This document shows, piece by piece, positions 59,202-64,000 of a stretch of 64,000 nucleotides of DNA; within the stretch, counting starts at the first letter, position 1; every line of letters begins with the position of its first letter. The stretch comes from Planktothricoides raciborskii GIHE-MW2. Lineage in GTDB: Bacteria; Cyanobacteriota; Cyanobacteriia; Cyanobacteriales; Laspinemataceae. The position numbers and the translations under genes are program-made. The stretch spans positions 355,801-419,800 of the forward strand of contig NZ_CP159837.1 in assembly GCF_040564635.1 (NCBI RefSeq). The letters are read 5' to 3'. The notes under the pieces are model-generated. The model had not been told where the DNA came from. It did no database searches and saw only the letters and a list, made by a program, of their open reading frames with translations.

Positions 59202-60542
59202 TTAGCGGACTAAAATCCTCGGCTCTTTATACCATTGAAATGTCTTACTATTCGGGTCTGTATCCACAGTCAGAAGACTTTCCGCCCCATCAATTTGCAA
59301 CCGCACCAAATATTCCCCTGGTTTAACATTTTCCACCGGAATTGCGATCGTATTTTGATTGGTGCGCCGGACTGGGGCATCAAACAAATAAGCATTGGGA
59401 TTTTCGATGGATTTCTCATTTAAAATTAGCACCACCCGCTGCTTTTTGCCCACAGTCAAATTCACCCGCACTTTGATTTGGGCCGATCGCGTTGGTTCTT
59501 CCCGACCCTGCAAATTAGAAACCGTAGCTTTCAGAACTGTGGGACGCAAAACAAACGGCGCGGCATTCGACTCCAAAGACTGATACGATTTATTGTCTGG
59601 GGAATGATACAAATTTGTCGCCGCTTGTTCACCCTCGGTCGCTGCCGCACCATAGACCGGAATTACATTTAGACGTTGTGTAATCCGATGAATCACCTGT
59701 AAACTTTGCACCCCAGGCATCAAGACATCATCGGGTACTGAACTCAAGGGTAAAATAATCTGATTTTCCGTCACCTCCTGGGGGGTGAGTTCCAATTCCC
59801 CAATGCGGACTAGGGTAGTGGAAGCTTTCAGATTTCTCCCTTGAATTAATAAGGTACTATCTTTAAGAATGGGTTCCCCCGGCCCGACTCGAGAAATCAC
59901 CCGATCCACTATCGGGGAATAACCAAACGGCACCGCTGCCAGCCCGCGAAGACGCACCGGCAAAGCTTTTTTGCTGACTTGTTCCCCTTCCAAAATCACC
60001 ACGCTGGCTTTATAAGCTAAGGATAAAGCGTAGGGAGTTTGGAAAAATACCGACCAAATTTTTGATAAATCTTCCAAAGATAAATTCAGCGGCGTGAAGA
60101 TAATTTGCTCCACCTGTTGATCTAAGTCAGAACTGGCTAAATAAGGAAAAGTTTCATCGGCAATGGTTTCTAGGATAGAGTCTTTATCCAAAATCGCGCG
60201 ATCGTTCAACGCCCGAATCACACTCCCCATGATCCGTTGCGGTTCCAGATCCATATCATTGCCGTAGAAACTAATCAGATAATTCAAATCCCAAGCGGTG
60301 CGGTTTTGCTTACTATCTCTGCTGGTCTGCGATCGCGATCGCGCATCTGCATTCTTTTGCCAAATTGGATTTGGCGTCGTTTGATACAAATACAGATTCA
60401 CACCGCGTTCGGGGGTCGCACTGCCTGCATTCGCTGGTCGAGCCATTGTCACCCTGGTGCCATCGATGTCAATTTGAATCGCCTCCTGCAAAACTCGCTG
60501 CAAAGCGGCGGTGACAGTCGGAATGGCTAAATAATTACTCAT
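59202..60542 (-). CDS. DUF4255-family protein (Afp16/Pvc16-like tail terminator/cap of contractile injection systems)
   Basis: N-terminus MSNYLAIPTVTAALQRVLQEAI... and overall beta-rich 446-aa pattern match the DUF4255 family found in eCIS loci. Confidence 0.7.
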   Translation of the reverse strand: MSNYLAIPTVTAALQRVLQEAIQIDIDGTRVTMARPANAGSATPERGVNLYLYQTTPNPIWQKNADARSRSQTSRDSKQNRTAWDLNYLISFYGNDMDLEPQRIMGSVIRALNDRAILDKDSILETIADETFPYLASSDLDQQVEQIIFTPLNLSLEDLSKIWSVFFQTPYALSLAYKASVVILEGEQVSKKALPVRLRGLAAVPFGYSPIVDRVISRVGPGEPILKDSTLLIQGRNLKASTTLVRIGELELTPQEVTENQIILPLSSVPDDVLMPGVQSLQVIHRITQRLNVIPVYGAAATEGEQAATNLYHSPDNKSYQSLESNAAPFVLRPTVLKATVSNLQGREEPTRSAQIKVRVNLTVGKKQRVVLILNEKSIENPNAYLFDAPVRRTNQNTIAIPVENVKPGEYLVRLQIDGAESLLTVDTDPNSKTFQWYKEPRILVR

Positions 60543-60595
60543 AATTATCTACGGATATCGGCGGATACTTTTCATCTAATTCTAAGGGTAAATTA

Positions 60596-61051
60596 TCATT
60601 TATGCAGTTGGGAAATCAACTGCACCCAGCGCGATCGCTCGGAATGTTCCAAACTTAAAATATCATCTAAAGACCAATGAAAATAAAAAGCAATCAAAGC
60701 TACCTCTTGGTATAATTGCTCCAAGGGGTAGCCGAAAACTTTCCCACCCGACACCACATCCAAAGGCTGGTGAATCTGAGCAAAAAAGTCCCGCAAATAG
60801 AGGAGATCGATTAAAAAAAGCTGTTCCAACATTTCGGGAGTCACCACCGATAAATGCCCGAAATCATCAATTAACCGGGACAACATCACCAACATCGCAT
60901 AAGCTGGATTTTGCCTAACTTGGGGATGCTTTTGCACATAAATTTCATCCTCACCCGTAGCGAGTCGCATCATCCCGACTTGATGAATACTTCCCTCTGC
61001 ATCCAAAAATCCCTTGGGCAGGGTAAACTCAAATATTGTCGAATTCCTCAT
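60596..61051 (-). CDS. hypothetical protein, paralog A of a tandem pair (151 aa)
   Basis: Shares FEFTLPKG(F/Y)LD.EG..H..G.MRLA...EI......P.V..NPAYA..(L/V).(M/I)LSR.I...G.L..V.P.M.E.LF..DL.YL..F..QI with the neighbouring gene. Confidence 0.55.
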   Translation of the reverse strand: MRNSTIFEFTLPKGFLDAEGSIHQVGMMRLATGEDEIYVQKHPQVRQNPAYAMLVMLSRLIDDFGHLSVVTPEMLEQLFLIDLLYLRDFFAQIHQPLDVVSGGKVFGYPLEQLYQEVALIAFYFHWSLDDILSLEHSERSRWVQLISQLHK

Positions 61052-61120
61052 ACCAAAACATATATAATACTTAACTATAATACTTAACTATAATACTTGA
61101 CTATAATGCTTAACTGAATC

Positions 61121-61495
61121 TTACTGAAATTCCGTCATCATCCTGCCCATTTCTGGATTTTCTTCAGGGGGGGAAGCGGGGGAAATAAACTCTGGGTCTG
61201 GGGGTTCCAACTCATTAATCTGGCGATAAAACTTTTGTAAATAATTCAAATCAACCGCAAACAGATTTTCCATCATCATCGGACTGACTGACTCCAATGC
61301 CCCCAGACGGGTAATCACCCGCGATAAAATCAGAATCGTCGCATAAGCGGGATTAGATTTCACTCGCGGATCCCGCAAAGGAACAATCTCATCGATCGCC
61401 CTTGCCAAACGCATCACCCCTTTGCGGTGGAGGTTGCCCTCTTCATCCAAATATCCCTTGGGCAAAGTAAACTCAAACTCCGTTTGAATCATCAT
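61121..61495 (-). CDS. hypothetical protein, paralog B of a tandem pair (124 aa)
   Basis: About 45% identical to paralog A; no recognisable family. Confidence 0.55.
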   Translation of the reverse strand: MMIQTEFEFTLPKGYLDEEGNLHRKGVMRLARAIDEIVPLRDPRVKSNPAYATILILSRVITRLGALESVSPMMMENLFAVDLNYLQKFYRQINELEPPDPEFISPASPPEENPEMGRMMTEFQ

Positions 61496-61516
61496 AAGAT
61501 CGCCAATATATATTTT

Positions 61517-61999
61517 TTATAATTTTACTCTTTTTAGCTCTTCCACTGCCACTTCCATTTCTTCAATTTCAAACTCTCCAGAAGTGACAGCCAGGTCAGA
61601 AATCGTATAACTGACTGGCCAAGCATTTTTAAATTCTAATCTAAACTGCGCTTGAGCCCCTTGGTCATAAATCACTAAAGACCCATCCTTTCTTTTCTCC
61701 CCCCACTTCCCTTCTTGTACGGCTTGTAACCAATTCCATAGGGTCATCGAACAAGTCAGCCCTCGACGCAATATTAGATTATTATATTTCACATTGCCAG
61801 GGATTTTTGTAGTCACCACTAAGCCTTTTTTAGATTTGCCCCACTTTTGCGGCGTCACCTCAGTGGCTTCGATAATATCCTGAGTCACTTTAAAGCCGCT
61901 ACATTCCATAAAATAGCCATCCACTGACTCATCGCTGCCATCAAGTTTCAGTTCTAAAAAAAAGCGACATTTGGCTAAAACTTCGGGAAATTTGCCCAC
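61517..61999 (-). CDS. phage T4 gp19-family tail tube protein (CIS tube paralog 3)
   Basis: ...VDGYFMECSGFKVTQDIIE...KIPGNVKYNNLILRRG...LWNWLQ...KDGSLVIYDQ...NAWPVSYTISDLAVTSGEFEIEEMEVAVEEL follows the PF06841-type tube pattern. Confidence 0.8.
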   Translation of the reverse strand: MGKFPEVLAKCRFFLELKLDGSDESVDGYFMECSGFKVTQDIIEATEVTPQKWGKSKKGLVVTTKIPGNVKYNNLILRRGLTCSMTLWNWLQAVQEGKWGEKRKDGSLVIYDQGAQAQFRLEFKNAWPVSYTISDLAVTSGEFEIEEMEVAVEELKRVKL

Positions 62000-62171
62000 G
62001 GTTATATCCTTATTTTGCTCTAATTTAATTTGCTTAAATTTGCTTAAATTTCCTTTAATTTTCTTTAATTTTTTTTAATTTTATTAAATCTTCTTAAATA
62101 TCGATCTCCCGTAGGGACACGGCAATGCCGTGTCCCTAAAAATAAAAGGTAATTTATATCAGAAACAATCA

Positions 62172-62657
62172 CTATTTCTTACGCATCAAATATTCATAAG
62201 CAAAGGTGACGGTTTCTGTCAGGGATTGGTTGCCTGCTGCATCAAAGTCTGACATGGCATAAGTCATAGGCATCACCCCTTTAAATTCCCACTGGGCTGA
62301 CTCGGTGCCATCTTGTTTAAAAACTGTAATGGTTGCAACTTGATTTTTTCCTTTGGTTTTGGTTGCCCCACCCACATCAGGGGTCGAATGGGAATCATAA
62401 AACCAATCAGAAACGGCTTTGGGGTTTTTACTAGAGGTAATAAATTTGATCGTGATATCGTGGGATTCTACGGCGGAAGGAGCGGCTTGTCGGTTAACTT
62501 TACTCCCCTTAGTCACCCCCAATGGCCCATCAGATTGAGTCACCGGAATGGTCAATTTCAAGCCAGAAACAGATTCGACTAAGAGACCCTCATCGAGATT
62601 ATCTGCTTTAAATTGAAACCTAGCCTGGGATAGCGGTTCGCCTACGGTATCTGGCAT
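62172..62657 (-). CDS. tail tube protein (CIS tube paralog 2, Afp1/Afp5-like)
   Basis: 161 aa with the tube-family pattern (F.FK.D......ESVSGL.L.I......ITIKFITSSKN...SDWFYDS....NQVATITVFKQDGTESAQWEFKGVMPMTYAMSDFDA...ETVTFAYEYL). Confidence 0.75.
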   Translation of the reverse strand: MPDTVGEPLSQARFQFKADNLDEGLLVESVSGLKLTIPVTQSDGPLGVTKGSKVNRQAAPSAVESHDITIKFITSSKNPKAVSDWFYDSHSTPDVGGATKTKGKNQVATITVFKQDGTESAQWEFKGVMPMTYAMSDFDAAGNQSLTETVTFAYEYLMRKK

Positions 62658-62736
62658 TGTATTTCTCCTAATATTGAGTGTATGCGGCGTTATTGAATCA
62701 TGTTACTGAGCGCCAATTCCGATCTATCTTGTTTTT

Positions 62737-63210
62737 TTAACTTTGTTTGCGCTCAACGCTTTCTACATTCAGGGTGAATGTTTCCGTTAAAAAGTCTTGA
62801 CCGCCAACATTAAATTCAGAAACTTCATAACCTACCATCTGACATTGTTTCAGGTTGTAGGTGATGACTAATTTAGCGTCGGCATCAAAGATTTCTATGG
62901 AACCATCGGTAAAACATTGACTCCATTTGCCATCGCCGCCATAAGTGGCTGGCATCCCTTTTTTGAAGAGGTCAAATAGTTTTTTATTCTTATCTTCAAT
63001 AACGGCGGTAATGGTGACATCTTGGTTGTTGTAGTACCCAGTTGAAGTGGTGTTTCTGGTCATCTGGGCTTTGGCTGTAGAGGCGATCGGCTTACCGTGA
63101 CCAGCGGTTTTGGCTTGAATATTAATGCCGCTAACTTTCAAGAGTGGATACTCGGTGCCACCATATTTAAATGAAAACCTGTTAGAAGAAATAGTAAGCA
63201 GGTCTGCCAT
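62737..63210 (-). CDS. tail tube protein (CIS tube paralog 1)
   Basis: 157 aa; ...YPLLKVSGINIQAK...VTITAVIEDKN..LFDLFKK...GSIEIFDADAKLVITYNLKQCQMVGYEVSEFNVGGQDFLTETFTLNVESVE tube-family pattern. Confidence 0.75.
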   Translation of the reverse strand: MADLLTISSNRFSFKYGGTEYPLLKVSGINIQAKTAGHGKPIASTAKAQMTRNTTSTGYYNNQDVTITAVIEDKNKKLFDLFKKGMPATYGGDGKWSQCFTDGSIEIFDADAKLVITYNLKQCQMVGYEVSEFNVGGQDFLTETFTLNVESVERKQS

Positions 63211-63305
63211 TTTTTTCCTCCTTGTAAGTCAAGGTGTATTGTTGATAGGTGTCGTGTAGCCGCTTTGGCTACTTAACTTGGTCTGCTTAAAAAGATTAGC
63301 GTAGG

Positions 63306-63456
63306 TTGGGTTGAACCAAAGTGAAACCCAACATTTGTCAGGTGGCAATTTTCAGTAATGCCTAACATCTGTTATTTCGGTTGGGTTTCGTGCCTCAACC
63401 CAACCTACTACCTTTCCTCTTTAAAAGTTGGGTTTCGTGCCTCAACCCAACCTACA
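63306..63456. repeat. three hairpins sharing the stem GTTGGGTT/AACCCAAC in the sheath-tube intergenic region
   Basis: GTTGGGTTGAACCAAAGTGAAACCCAAC (63306-63333) and two direct copies of GTTGGGTTTCGTGCCTCAACCCAACCTAC (63379-63408, 63427-63456). Confidence 0.7.
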
Positions 63457-63517
63457 ATTTTCCATGTGTCATTCCAGCAAACAAACGATGCGGGGATGAC
63501 ATTTACCAGATCATCAA

Positions 63518-64000
63518 TTATTGGCCATATTGGCCAGGAGCCCACTGACTGATGCGGAAGATGACAAATTCCGCTGGACGCACAGGGGCGACACCCACTT
63601 CGATATAGAGGCGTCCTTTCATCATGGTGTCTGGGGTATTGAGATCCCCGTCGCACTTGACATAGAAGGATTCACTGACGTTGCTGCCCACTAAAGCCCC
63701 TTCACGCCATAGCCCAGTTAAGAAGCTGGAAACGGTCTGACTGACTCGACCCCAGAGGGCTTCGTCGTTGGGTTCAAAGACTACCCATTGAGTGCCAATT
63801 TCAATGGATTTTTCGATGTAGCTCATTAAGCGGCGAACGGGAATATAGCGCCATTGGATGTTGTCCGGTTCAACGAGGGTGCGAGCGCCCCAAATTTTAA
63901 TGCCCCGGTTGAAGTTGGCAAAGTTGCGGATGCAGTTGATGCCGAGGGGGTTGAGGAGTTCTTGTTCCCGGAAGTTGGTTTCGTAGGCTAGACCAATGAC
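63518..64000 (-). CDS. contractile tail sheath protein, C-terminal part (gene continues beyond the window end)
   Basis: Frame stays open upstream of the listed Met to position 64000 (...GINCIRNFANFNRGIKIWGARTLVEPDNIQWRYIPVRRLMSYIEKSIEIGTQWVVFEPNDEALWGRVSQTVSSFLTGLWREGALVGSNVSESFYVKCD...GRLYIEVGVAPVRPAEFVIFRISQW), the canonical sheath C-terminal domain. Confidence 0.85.
   Translation of the reverse strand, partial: VIGLAYETNFREQELLNPLGINCIRNFANFNRGIKIWGARTLVEPDNIQWRYIPVRRLMSYIEKSIEIGTQWVVFEPNDEALWGRVSQTVSSFLTGLWREGALVGSNVSESFYVKCDGDLNTPDTMMKGRLYIEVGVAPVRPAEFVIFRISQWAPGQYGQ

Overview
This window reads as a chromosomal segment of a filamentous cyanobacterium, probably Oscillatoriales-like. The octamer GCGATCGC (HIP1) recurs dozens of times. 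Several families of short palindromic hairpin repeats and MITE-like elements fill almost every intergenic space. GC content is moderate, with a few clearly AT-rich islets.

Housekeeping genes, most with confident homology-style assignments, include glutathione peroxidase, ddl, glyoxalase I, enolase, accB-efp, thiL, gap, murC-murB, ybaB, an LMW phosphotyrosine phosphatase, queC, proA and ccdA-ccs1 (c-type cytochrome biogenesis). There is also a thylakoid-type cyclophilin, a split pair of UPF0016 (GDT1/Mnx-like) half-transporters, an ArsR regulator and a GerMN protein.

Signalling and accessory content:
- a Ser/Thr kinase fused to about 14 WD40 repeats;
- a 2294-aa HstK-like protein with Ser/Thr kinase, P-loop NTPase, GAF, GAF, PAS and histidine kinase domains;
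- a two-component system divergent from an HME-type RND efflux pump, preceded by an unusually short periplasmic adaptor;
- an SLH-domain envelope protein;
- a Uma2-family endonuclease.

The most interesting loci:
1. An AT-rich islet at about 17.1-19.7 kb. It carries a DUF1848 protein whose C-terminal CxxxCxxC is a radical-SAM-type cluster motif. This gene is convergent with a partner reading frame that stays open for 460 codons but is interrupted by a single in-frame TAA. A 33-bp perfect palindrome sits upstream.
2. A degraded restriction-modification-like islet at 50.9-52.4 kb. It holds a C-terminal remnant of a beta-class N6/N4 DNA methyltransferase, followed 22 bp later by an AT-rich 389-aa ORF of unknown function. 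A MITE flanks it; a second MITE copy lies at 13.6 kb.
3. A phage-tail-like contractile injection system (eCIS/CIS) module at 56.6-64.0 kb on the minus strand. It comprises the C-terminus of a sheath gene, three gp19-family tube paralogs, two paralogous small proteins of unknown function, a DUF4255 (Afp16/Pvc16-like) cap, a 72-aa ORF and an Afp15-like AAA+ ATPase. The gene order is non-canonical, hairpin repeats lie between the genes, and a hairpin array bracketed by direct repeats marks the cluster boundary.
4. A candidate small RNA at about 390-472, with a sigma70-like promoter, a GC hairpin and a Yfr1-like CUCCUCACAC motif on the opposite strand.
5. Complex G-quadruplex-capable heptamer repeat elements that follow three plus-strand genes and bracket a cassette of small unknown genes at 44.3-47.0 kb.

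No tRNA, rRNA or CRISPR array was found.
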